From an uncultured Thermoproteaceae archaeon (GTDB taxonomy: Archaea > Thermoproteota > Thermoprotei > Thermoproteales > Thermocladiaceae): DNA of 64,000 nucleotides. Numbering within the stretch: the stretch's first letter is position 1; every line of letters starts with the position of its first letter. The position numbers and the translations under genes are program-made. A model generated the notes under the pieces. It did not search any database and was not told where the DNA came from. It saw only the letters and a program-made list of their open reading frames with translations. Below are positions 8,752 to 17,566 of the stretch, piece by piece. The stretch covers positions 1 through 64,000 of the forward strand of contig CAZNTG010000015.1 in the NCBI GenBank assembly GCA_964575955.1, given 5' to 3'.

Positions 8752-9527
8752 ATTTTCTTCATTGATTCTATAATCATCTCAAGAATTGAAATTAAGATGT
8801 CTATATTTTCAACAATTAGCCTTGTTGATATAATATCACAATATATCATGTTTGTATATTCAAATAATTGTCTTAGATTTATCTTTCTCAATTTATACAT
8901 GTGAATTAGAACTGCTAATACAAAATCGAAGAAGCCGGCTAACTGCTGTAGAAGTTGAAGTATTTCGAGTTTAGTATAAGGTCTCTCGGTTATTAGGTTA
9001 TAGAGACTCCTATATAATGATTGTAATATTGCAATACTTCTATTAATAATGACCATCAGTTCTGCCTTTTCGCCATGTCTAATCATCTCTTCTATGAGCT
9101 TATCTCTAACATGTGTAGTAAACCACGTATAGAGTTCGTATACCCTTGCTATCTTATTTCTGACATCGTATAATTTTAAGAGTTTAGGTATCTTCTCAAT
9201 ATACTTCCTGACATCTTTAATTACTGATGAGAAAGTATTGGAAATTATTCGATAGATATCGAATGTAGAACTTATATTTGAAAGTGATATGCAATGTCTT
9301 GCACATATATCAACAATCTCATATATCGATTCAATAAGTTCCCTAAATTCTTGACTATCAATGCCTAAAATTGTTCTAACTCTCTCTACTATAATGTCAA
9401 TATCAGCATAAAGCTTGCGATAAGTATGATAAGGTTCCGAGATTAGAGAGTAATGTAATTCTTGTTCGATAGTGTTCTTAATATCCCTGTCTAAAACCAG
9501 TAATTCTATCCTACCTAGATAGCTCAT
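8748..9527 (-). CDS. Hypothetical alpha-helical protein, middle gene of the Panacea-PIN operon
   Basis: 259-aa ORF with 4-bp ATGA overlaps to both neighbours; no motif recognised. Confidence 0.7.
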   Translation of the reverse strand: MSYLGRIELLVLDRDIKNTIEQELHYSLISEPYHTYRKLYADIDIIVERVRTILGIDSQEFRELIESIYEIVDICARHCISLSNISSTFDIYRIISNTFSSVIKDVRKYIEKIPKLLKLYDVRNKIARVYELYTWFTTHVRDKLIEEMIRHGEKAELMVIINRSIAILQSLYRSLYNLITERPYTKLEILQLLQQLAGFFDFVLAVLIHMYKLRKINLRQLFEYTNMIYCDIISTRLIVENIDILISILEMIIESMKKI

Positions 9528-9955
9528 TGTATATCAATTTTAGATAAAGGTCTAGCTTTTCTAACTTCCGGAAGTTCATACACATATCTCAACAATTCTT
9601 CCAATTTCCTAAATCCCCACTCATTGATTACACTATCAATCACTTCACGTATAGACTTGTCAGAAATTATATGTTCCTTAATATCGGTAGTGTACACTTT
9701 CATATTCTTCCTATACTCACTTCTAACTAATCCATACATTTCTAATACATCTAAAATTGTAAGTACATCTTTACTAAACGGTCCATACCACCATAGAACC
9801 CAGTCAAATAATGGTTCAAAACCTCTATGTGAAAATTCTCTATCAATTAGATAGAGAAGTTTCATTAATTTTGTTTTTCCACATTTTCGAAGTCTAGATA
9901 GTACGTACATTATAATGTCAATTCTTAACTTAAATTTTTCAACTGGAGATTTCAC
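9524..9955 (-). CDS. Panacea (DUF4065/SocA-like) antitoxin-domain protein
   Basis: KTKLMKLLYLID...WVLWWYGPFSKDV...L...VYELPE pattern. Confidence 0.8.
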   Translation of the reverse strand: MKSPVEKFKLRIDIIMYVLSRLRKCGKTKLMKLLYLIDREFSHRGFEPLFDWVLWWYGPFSKDVLTILDVLEMYGLVRSEYRKNMKVYTTDIKEHIISDKSIREVIDSVINEWGFRKLEELLRYVYELPEVRKARPLSKIDIQ

Positions 9956-9997
9956 ATAATATCGAGAACTTACAAATATTAAATACTATCTGTCTAC

Positions 9998-10045
9998 TCA
10001 GTCTGGGACGGCTTCTTCATTTTCTGTATCAGGAGTTTTCATCAT
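9998..10045 (-). ncRNA. Box C/D methylation-guide sRNA
   Basis: Minus strand: C ATGATGA - AAACTCCTGATA - D' CAGA - C' ATGAAGA - AGCCGTCCCAGA - D CTGA; C box overlaps the stop of the upstream phosphatase. Confidence 0.85.
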
Positions 10046-10917
10046 TAGTCTTGTCTTGCATTTCTTATCTTTATATCATTTTTCTCTATTATTAGTATTT
10101 TTGGTTCTACGAAGCTGTATGGTCCTGATTTTGATGTGAATATTGTTAGTACTTTCTTATTATGGTTCCATTTATATCCCTGTGAATTATATTCATGTGC
10201 TCTTACTATCATTTTTAGGTTGTTTTTTGTTAAGAATTCTTCTGTTACATCTTGACCCCACCAATATATGCATAATCCACCTTCTATACATCCTCCACGT
10301 AGGTAGTTTGGTACAAATCCCTGTACTTCATCTGAAGGGTCATTCCAAAGTATTTGAAATGCTATTGGATCTTTTGGTTGTTCATCACATTTTGGTATTT
10401 GTTTAACTTCTTCAGGTTTTGCTAGTCCTCTAGCTAGTCCTCCATGTACTGCAAATATCTCATTATTTACTAATGCTGCATATGGGAGATTACAGTATAC
10501 TGATTTGAGTATTGTCATATATATTAGATAACTCTTATCTTCAAGTTTACTCTGAAGTTCAAATATGAAACCATACTCCAAGTTCATGTATGGTGATTCA
10601 TGATTACCTCTAAGCATGTATACATGTTCAGGATATTCTAACTTCAACATTAAAACTCTTGTCAAAGTTTCAATCTGATATTCACCTCTATCAACATAAT
10701 CACCTAGAAACAGAATTTTCCATTCAGGTGGTCTATATCTAGATAAGATACTCTGTAGAGATATGTAATCACCATGAAGATCACCAACAATAACAATCTT
10801 ATCACCACTCAACTCAACAAGCTGACTTTCAGATTTTAACAAACTTTCAATCCTATCCTTATTATCAACATAGAAGTTTACTATATCGTCAATAGTTAAA
10901 TCAGGCATAGATATCAT
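10045..10917 (-). CDS. PPP-family Ser/Thr protein phosphatase
   Basis: GDLHG, GDYVDRG, RGNHE, HGG, LWNDP, RAHE. Confidence 0.93.
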   Translation of the reverse strand: MISMPDLTIDDIVNFYVDNKDRIESLLKSESQLVELSGDKIVIVGDLHGDYISLQSILSRYRPPEWKILFLGDYVDRGEYQIETLTRVLMLKLEYPEHVYMLRGNHESPYMNLEYGFIFELQSKLEDKSYLIYMTILKSVYCNLPYAALVNNEIFAVHGGLARGLAKPEEVKQIPKCDEQPKDPIAFQILWNDPSDEVQGFVPNYLRGGCIEGGLCIYWWGQDVTEEFLTKNNLKMIVRAHEYNSQGYKWNHNKKVLTIFTSKSGPYSFVEPKILIIEKNDIKIRNARQD

Positions 10918-10968
10918 GTGTAGACCTTACTGATAAACATTTATTATATATTCCCCATATACACATAG

Positions 10969-11838
10969 TTGAATGTGGAATGTGAAATATTAGCTGAATT
11001 TCAAAAAATTACACTACATAGACTAGTGACATTAGTTAGAAATATCTACTCTAAATTTAAGATATTTCCAATTGATATAAGTATTAGAAGTGTTGTAGAG
11101 TGGATTTGTAGACTAACATATACATACTCAGAATGGAAAGATATGTTAAACATGTATATAGAAATTTCAAATTTTAACGATCTATGTGAAATACTTAGAG
11201 AAAAGAAGCTACATCTAATATATACAAGATATGGAACATATCTAGACTGTATATCATTTAGAGATTATGATGGAAGTGAGATAATTACAATATGTGAAGA
11301 TCCAGAACTTAAGAAAGAATTTAAAAGGATAGTAATCTTAAACCTCGAGAGGATTTTAAAATATGTTAAAGTGAGGATTAAAGTAATTGCACGTAGAGGT
11401 TTAAAGATTGGTAATTACATATTTGAAATTCCTGAGTATAGTACATACTTCACAATACCAATATACTACATACTACATGTAGGTGGCATTAATGAAAAAT
11501 TACTAACATGGGCTATATACTCATCAATTGCACTTAGTAGAGAGATAATTAATGATAGTATGATTGCACTTGGAATACTATTCTTTAATAGAGAGTTGAT
11601 AGAGGTTGACTATGCTAGATTCTTTATGACCGATTTTGAGATTAGGAAGATTGTAGAGTATATTCCAGACATAATGATTAGAGAGAAAGATAGAATACTA
11701 ACATTGACATATCGTGGTAAAGACCTCTTGAGATCTATAAGAGTTGGATCTAGTATATTAAAATTAACATATTTAGACTATCTAGAATTTCTATTAAATG
11801 GTGTAGAGATAAGACCTGTAAGACTATTCATATACTAG
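10969..11838 (+). CDS. Hypothetical protein
   Basis: 289-aa ORF filling the gap with host-like codon style; no firm motif. Confidence 0.65.
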   Translation: MNVECEILAEFQKITLHRLVTLVRNIYSKFKIFPIDISIRSVVEWICRLTYTYSEWKDMLNMYIEISNFNDLCEILREKKLHLIYTRYGTYLDCISFRDYDGSEIITICEDPELKKEFKRIVILNLERILKYVKVRIKVIARRGLKIGNYIFEIPEYSTYFTIPIYYILHVGGINEKLLTWAIYSSIALSREIINDSMIALGILFFNRELIEVDYARFFMTDFEIRKIVEYIPDIMIREKDRILTLTYRGKDLLRSIRVGSSILKLTYLDYLEFLLNGVEIRPVRLFIY

Positions 11839-11839
11839 A

Positions 11840-13729
11840 CTAGGTTATCGGTCTATATTGTGGTCTCATACTTAATCTTCTAGGCATATAGAGTCCACAT
11901 CTTGGATAATTATCAATCTCTCTTTCAATAGTTTCTACTAGCTCTTCAATACTCATCTTCCTCAAATTCTTCTCACCTCTAATTCTAACTGTGAGAATGT
12001 TTGAATTAACTTCTTCTCTACCTATAACAACTATGTAGGGTATCCACATCTTTTCAGCTTCTCTAATTCTCTTACTCACAGTTTCATCTCTATCGTCAAT
12101 ATCAACTCTAATACTTCTAGATTCTAAAATATTCGCAATATTTTCACAATATTGTAAAAATTCTGTAGTTACAGGTATTAACCTAACCTGTATTGGACAT
12201 ATCCATGTTGGTAATCTTGGAATTTTTCCACACTTCTCATCTATTGCAGCTTTTTGAAATAGAGCGTATATATAACGTTCAACACTGCCGATAAGTGCTG
12301 TATGTATAATTACAGGATACCTATCCTCTCCTGTTGATGTTCTATACTTAATTCCAAATCTAGAAGCATTACCAATATCAATCTGCATTGTAGCTATCTC
12401 TCTAGGTCTTTCAAGCTCATCAATTATGTGAAATTCTGCATTTAAAACCCAATAATACTTCTTCTCTCTAATAACTTTGACTAATATTGGCTTATCTTCA
12501 ATCTTTGATAGTTGTTTTAAATATTCAACGTTGTTAATATAGAAGTCTTCAGTAACATTATATAGAGATACATAGTCAAGACCTATCTTCCTAATTTCAT
12601 CAAATATAACTTCATGAACTTTCAAACACATATTTTTAGCATCTTCAAGATCTTTAGTAAATATGTGTAGATCAGGCATTGTAAATTTTCTAACTCTAAA
12701 ACATAGTACTGTCTCTCCTGGCTGTTCATATCTGTAACTATCTGCAATTTCGAGAACACCAAAAGGTAAGTCTCTATAGCTTATAATCCAGTCTTTAATC
12801 ATTGAAAATTGTTGAAAACAGGCTGCATATCTTAGAACAAGTTTTTCACCATCACTATCTATTATGTACATTCTTTCTCCAAAAAGTTTTGCATGTTCTT
12901 CTATTGGTTTACAGGATAGCTTAAACATATTTGTACCACGTACTTTAAATATGGGTATTCCAAGTCTATTAGCAACTTGCCATGAATATTTTTCAACTAG
13001 CTCATACATTATACATGCTTCAGGTCCAAATCTCATATGTCCAATATCTGACATGGGCTCCCACTCAATTCCAAACTTCTTACAGTATGTCAAGTATCTA
13101 GGCTCCTCACCACCCTTCAATTCTTCTCTAAGTGCTTCTTTACTTACAAGAATGTCAAAATCTCTATACCTACCTCTAAACTTTGTTAAGTACTCATCAA
13201 CCTTTAGAACTTCACCATCAGGAGTTATAACTACAAAATAACTTTCAACCTCAACTTTCTCTCTCTTCTCTTCTCCAATCTTCAATTCCTTAATCTCAGG
13301 TTCATAGCTTCTACTAAGTTCAGATAGTGGATGACCATAACATCTTATTTCAAAACTTTTATAATATCCGAATGGTGCAGTTATGACTTTAATATTTCTA
13401 CTTTCAGCAATTTTCTTAGCTATATCACAAATCTTCTCATATATCTTAATAGCTTTTGAAGGTTTTGCAAGTCTAGAACTTAGATGTGCATATGGGTATA
13501 TTACTAAATTTTTAGCATTAACTTTATAGAATACTTGTAATATATCTTCAATAATTTTAGAGAGATAATTCTCATCTTCAATATCTACATCTTCAATCGT
13601 TGTAAATACTACTAATGCATTTTCTGCAGAAGCTTCAACTCTACTACTATCAATATCTGGAATATCTTTCAAAGCCTTCTCTCTAACTTTATACCAAAAC
13701 TTCTCAGCATGTATTAGTAGTATCCTCAC
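11840..13729 (-). CDS. thrS: Threonyl-tRNA synthetase (archaeal type with N-terminal editing domain)
   Basis: MRILLIHA, YPYAHLS, PFGYYK, GHPLSELSR, LRYAACF, YRYEQPGE, IIHTALIGSVER. Confidence 0.97.
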   Translation of the reverse strand: MRILLIHAEKFWYKVREKALKDIPDIDSSRVEASAENALVVFTTIEDVDIEDENYLSKIIEDILQVFYKVNAKNLVIYPYAHLSSRLAKPSKAIKIYEKICDIAKKIAESRNIKVITAPFGYYKSFEIRCYGHPLSELSRSYEPEIKELKIGEEKREKVEVESYFVVITPDGEVLKVDEYLTKFRGRYRDFDILVSKEALREELKGGEEPRYLTYCKKFGIEWEPMSDIGHMRFGPEACIMYELVEKYSWQVANRLGIPIFKVRGTNMFKLSCKPIEEHAKLFGERMYIIDSDGEKLVLRYAACFQQFSMIKDWIISYRDLPFGVLEIADSYRYEQPGETVLCFRVRKFTMPDLHIFTKDLEDAKNMCLKVHEVIFDEIRKIGLDYVSLYNVTEDFYINNVEYLKQLSKIEDKPILVKVIREKKYYWVLNAEFHIIDELERPREIATMQIDIGNASRFGIKYRTSTGEDRYPVIIHTALIGSVERYIYALFQKAAIDEKCGKIPRLPTWICPIQVRLIPVTTEFLQYCENIANILESRSIRVDIDDRDETVSKRIREAEKMWIPYIVVIGREEVNSNILTVRIRGEKNLRKMSIEELVETIEREIDNYPRCGLYMPRRLSMRPQYRPIT

Positions 13730-13764
13730 AGAACGTAGTTATTGTAGTGTAAGATATTTTACAT

Positions 13765-14394
13765 TTATGCTAGTCTTTTAGCAAGTTCAAAAACTATATC
13801 AACTATCCTGTAGAACTCTTCTATATTTGAAAAATGTGAGTATAGGTATATGCATCTAGAGTTTGGATCATAAGCAACATGCCTTATAGGTAATCTACAA
13901 TTATTAAATATTTGATAAAAAATTCTAGAAGTCTCATAATCATCATATAGTAAAACCTTACCATTATCTAATACTTCTCTATTAAAATTCTTATCACTAT
14001 CTTCCAATATCTTCATTGAAAACTTCACATCACATACATGAACTTCACCTCTATTAACATCTTTTGAATATCCTAAAATCATCATAACTCTATCACCTTT
14101 ACCAAATATTTTTGACACGAGATAGTAGAGTAAACTACATCTTGGTAATGTTAAAAATGATATTAACACATCTCTAGGTTCTTCATCTCTGACATACCTA
14201 GCTCTAAAACCAATATATGGACCTATAATATCATATTCCTTACTTACAGGTCTAAATTTATTTTCTAGAAATTTCATACTATCATTAATATATTTGACAT
14301 TTACATCTCTACCCTTAAAATATTGATATATTTCAAACAGTATGAGAATTATTGAAAGTATTAGGATGTATATACCGATGTTGAGTATCACCAT
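13765..14394 (-). CDS. Hypothetical membrane-anchored protein
   Basis: N-terminal hydrophobic helix; 209 aa. Confidence 0.65.
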   Translation of the reverse strand: MVILNIGIYILILSIILILFEIYQYFKGRDVNVKYINDSMKFLENKFRPVSKEYDIIGPYIGFRARYVRDEEPRDVLISFLTLPRCSLLYYLVSKIFGKGDRVMMILGYSKDVNRGEVHVCDVKFSMKILEDSDKNFNREVLDNGKVLLYDDYETSRIFYQIFNNCRLPIRHVAYDPNSRCIYLYSHFSNIEEFYRIVDIVFELAKRLA

Positions 14395-14422
14395 CTCGAT
14401 AAGTGTGTTGTAGAAGTGTTAT

Positions 14423-14499
14423 TGGTAGCGGGGGGTGGATTTGAACCACCGACCTCGGGGTTATGAGCCCCGCAGGATACCTGGCTTCCCCACCCCGCT
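14423..14499 (-). tRNA. Initiator tRNA-Met (CAT), intronless, CCA encoded
   Basis: AGCGGGGTGGGGAAGCCAGGTATCCTGCGGGGCTCATAACCCCGAGGTCGGTGGTTCAAATCCACCCCCCGCTACCA; A1-U72 pair and G-C-rich anticodon stem. Confidence 0.96.
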
Positions 14500-14621
14500 T
14501 GTTCGTGTTTTAGTGTTTGTGTAGTTTTTTAAATCATTCTCTATGTAGTTGTAATATTCCTGATTGATGTTTGTGCTATTTTTATCTAAAGTTTTAAATA
14601 TTGAACATTATTGTTAGTTGT

Positions 14622-14672
14622 GTGATGAGGTTAGCTAGGTCTGAATTGCTGATGAACCCTCTGCGCTTCTGA
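14622..14672 (+). ncRNA. Box C/D guide sRNA
   Basis: C GTGATGA - GGTTAGCTAGGT - D' CTGA - C' CTGATGA - ACCCTCTGCGCTT - D CTGA; TTTAAATA about 25 nt upstream. Confidence 0.88.
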
Positions 14673-14730
14673 ACATTCTGCATTATTGACATAATTCTTT
14701 AAAATTTATGAATCTAATCTTGTACTTAGT

Positions 14731-15765
14731 ATGGCAACGTTCGGTCTAGGTCTTATGATAACTACGTATATATGTTTTATAATACTTGTAGTAGTGTTTG
14801 CTAGTAGAGCAGGTAGAGTTGCAACATTACCAACACCTATAAGATGGGAGATATATCCTGTTCCTCATGAAGAACCTGAGAAAGCTCATCGTGGAAGTTC
14901 TTATTATGAAGATTTAGAGTGGTGGAAGAAGCCTAGACATCTATGGCATGCAGGTGAGTTGAAGGAGACTTTGAAGGAGATGTTATTTATGGTTAGACTT
15001 TTTGAGAGGAAGAGAATTGTCTGGATATTTAGCTATCCATTTCATGTAGGTATATACCTAATACTTGCATGGATAATACTACTATTCATAGGTGCTATAA
15101 CTGAGATATGTGGACTACCTGTAGCTGTACCTGCAAGTACAGTACACTACACAGGTCCTCTAAAGTATTTGATAATCGGAAACTTCGCACCATTCAATCA
15201 CCCATGGTCGATATTCCTATATGTGGTGACTATGATTGCAGGATATGTAGGTGCTGCATGTCTAATATTTGGATGTGTTGGATTGATAGTTTTGAGATTT
15301 GCAAAATCTGAACTTAGAAGATATACAAGATTTGCAGACTATTTCAACCTATTCTTCATACTTGCAGTAGTAGTATCAGGATGGGTTGCTGCCGCATATG
15401 ATCCAACATTTACAATAGCTAGAGAATATATGAGAGCATTACTAACATTTACTCCAGTCGAATATCTAATAGCTAAATTTGGAATTACTGGACTACCACC
15501 AGCAGTATCAGTACAGGTAGTCATATTTGAAGTATTCTTAGCGTACTACCCATTCACAAGAATGATACATGGACCATTAAAATATGTTAGCTATCACAAA
15601 GTTGCTTGGGATAATGCACCAAGAATACCTGGAGTTAGGACTAGTCTAGATGCTCTAATAAACAAGTATCTAGACTATGTATTAACTTGGGAAGGACCAC
15701 ATGTACCTAAAGGACATAAGTGGAGAGATCTTAGAACAGTCTGGCCCGAGGTGAGAAAAACATAA
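14731..15765 (+). CDS. dsrM: DsrM/HmeC-like (NarI family) membrane cytochrome b
   Basis: RWEIYPVPHE, GSSYYE, YPFHVGIYL, YYPFTRMIH; multiple TM helices; upstream of DsrK-like gene. Confidence 0.8.
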   Translation: MATFGLGLMITTYICFIILVVVFASRAGRVATLPTPIRWEIYPVPHEEPEKAHRGSSYYEDLEWWKKPRHLWHAGELKETLKEMLFMVRLFERKRIVWIFSYPFHVGIYLILAWIILLFIGAITEICGLPVAVPASTVHYTGPLKYLIIGNFAPFNHPWSIFLYVVTMIAGYVGAACLIFGCVGLIVLRFAKSELRRYTRFADYFNLFFILAVVVSGWVAAAYDPTFTIAREYMRALLTFTPVEYLIAKFGITGLPPAVSVQVVIFEVFLAYYPFTRMIHGPLKYVSYHKVAWDNAPRIPGVRTSLDALINKYLDYVLTWEGPHVPKGHKWRDLRTVWPEVRKT

Positions 15766-15798
15766 AACATACTCAAAAATTTAAAAAGGGTGTAAATT

Positions 15799-17442
15799 AT
15801 GTCTTCTGCTAAGTCAAAATCTAAGATAATTCCTGAAGAGAGACTTAAAGATCCAAGTAAGTTAAGACCAGAAGATCTAGCAATTCCTGAGGAAGTACAG
15901 GTTACACGTCTTGTAGATGAGTGGTTAATGCCTCTACCTTTCATAAAGCCTGAAGAAGAACCAAAACCAAAACCACCCCCTGAATCATGGAGGAAGGAGA
16001 TGCTTAATCTACTTCTAGATGGTTTTGCAAATTTCCCAATTTTAAGACCAAAATCTAAGGAGGAGGAACAGGAAATTGTTAGGAAGTTTATTGAAGGTAT
16101 TAAGAAGCTGTTCTCAATTCCAGACAATTGGACTCAGATAAAGCCACTAATACTCACAGTTGAGTATTGTGCTAGATGTCAAACATGTGCTGAAGTATGT
16201 CAAATATTTATATCAGCAGGTAAGAGACATGAGTATCTAAGACCAACATTTAAGACAGAGATTCTGAGAATGCTATATGAGAAGTATGTTAAAGGTAAGA
16301 AGAATGTTCCAATAGAAGCAAACATATACCTCATAGCAAGACTGTACGAACTTGCATATAGATGTACTGTATGTAGAAGATGTTTCCAATTCTGTCCACT
16401 TGGACTAGATCAAGGAATTGTAACTAGAGAACTTAGAAAACTCTTCAGTCAACAGTTTGGTTGGGCACCTAAAGAACTACATGAACTAGGAACAGTACAG
16501 CAGTTGAGAGTTGGTTCATCAACAGGTACATCACCAAAAGCAATGCTTCAAATGGTTAAGTGGATGGAGGAGGATATTAAGGAGAAGACTGGTAAGAGGA
16601 TTAGAATTCCTGTTGATGAGAAAGGTGCAGATATATTGATAATACACAACTATGGAGAATTTCTATCATGGCCAGAAAATCCTGAGGCATTTGCAATAAT
16701 ATTTGAAGAAGCAGGAATTAGCTGGACTCTCGCAAGCATACCACCAGGATATGATGCTGTAAACTACGGACTATACTACGATGATGTACAGCTAGCTAAG
16801 ATAGCTATGGCACATCTAGAAGTTGCTAGAAAGCTAGAGGTTAAGAAGGTTATTATTGGTGAGTGTGGTCATGCACATAGAGCACTTATACAACTAGCAG
16901 ATAGAGTACTACCTGACGATTTGAAAGATATACCAAGAGAATCATGTATGCCACTACTCGCAGAGCTTGTAGAGAAGGGTAAGCTAAATCTAGATCCTGA
17001 AAAGAATAACTTCCCAGTAACACTACACGATCCATGTAACATGGTTAGAATGATGGGTATTGTAGAACCACAGAGAAGAATACTCAGAAAGATATGTCCA
17101 CTATTTAGAGAGATGGAGCCACATGGAGTAAAGAACTTCTGCTGCGGTGCAGGTGGTGCATTTGCAATAATGTATGGATACAACTTCCCAGACTGGAAGT
17201 ATAAAGTTGCTGGTAGAATGAAGGTTAAGCAGACATTAGAAGCATTTAAAGATTGTATTGATCCAAAAATACCAAAGTATCTATGTGCTCCATGTAGTAA
17301 CTGTAAAGGTATGATTAGAGACACATTCACATACTACAACATATGGGAGAGATTTAGAATACTGTATGGAGGTCTAGTAGAGTTGATAGTTAACGCAATG
17401 GTAGATATAGAAAAGCCATTCATAGAGTGGGAGTGGAGATAA
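15799..17442 (+). CDS. dsrK: DsrK/HmeD-like (HdrD family) Fe-S protein
   Basis: CARCQTCAEVC, CTVCRRCFQFCP, ECGHA, HDPCN, CCGAGG, CAPCSNC. Confidence 0.82.
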   Translation: MSSAKSKSKIIPEERLKDPSKLRPEDLAIPEEVQVTRLVDEWLMPLPFIKPEEEPKPKPPPESWRKEMLNLLLDGFANFPILRPKSKEEEQEIVRKFIEGIKKLFSIPDNWTQIKPLILTVEYCARCQTCAEVCQIFISAGKRHEYLRPTFKTEILRMLYEKYVKGKKNVPIEANIYLIARLYELAYRCTVCRRCFQFCPLGLDQGIVTRELRKLFSQQFGWAPKELHELGTVQQLRVGSSTGTSPKAMLQMVKWMEEDIKEKTGKRIRIPVDEKGADILIIHNYGEFLSWPENPEAFAIIFEEAGISWTLASIPPGYDAVNYGLYYDDVQLAKIAMAHLEVARKLEVKKVIIGECGHAHRALIQLADRVLPDDLKDIPRESCMPLLAELVEKGKLNLDPEKNNFPVTLHDPCNMVRMMGIVEPQRRILRKICPLFREMEPHGVKNFCCGAGGAFAIMYGYNFPDWKYKVAGRMKVKQTLEAFKDCIDPKIPKYLCAPCSNCKGMIRDTFTYYNIWERFRILYGGLVELIVNAMVDIEKPFIEWEWR

Positions 17443-17445
17443 AAA

Positions 17446-17495
17446 TCAGAGGTACTCCCTATCTTCACTATTCTGCATAATCCTCTGTTCATCAC
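17446..17495 (-). ncRNA. Box C/D guide sRNA
   Basis: Minus strand: C GTGATGA - ACAGAGGATTATG - D' CAGA - C' GTGAAGA - TAGGGAGTACCT - D CTGA. Confidence 0.85.
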
Positions 17496-17566
17496 CTGCA
17501 ATATATCCTTAAGGTATGTCTTAAATTTTTGTCATATCTAAACCATTCTTCTCGAGGTGGTTAAGA

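Noticed and set aside
10969-11838. GINS-like protein
   Set aside because: Only a vague resemblance to the GINS B-domain; not supportable without a profile search
14423-14499. tRNA as an integration site or intron-containing tRNA
   Set aside because: No duplicate of its 3' end, no integrase in the window, and the cloverleaf is complete without an intron
2092-17442. Methanogenesis
   Set aside because: No mcr or mtr genes in the window; Mtd, Fwd and an HdrD-like protein alone do not imply methane production
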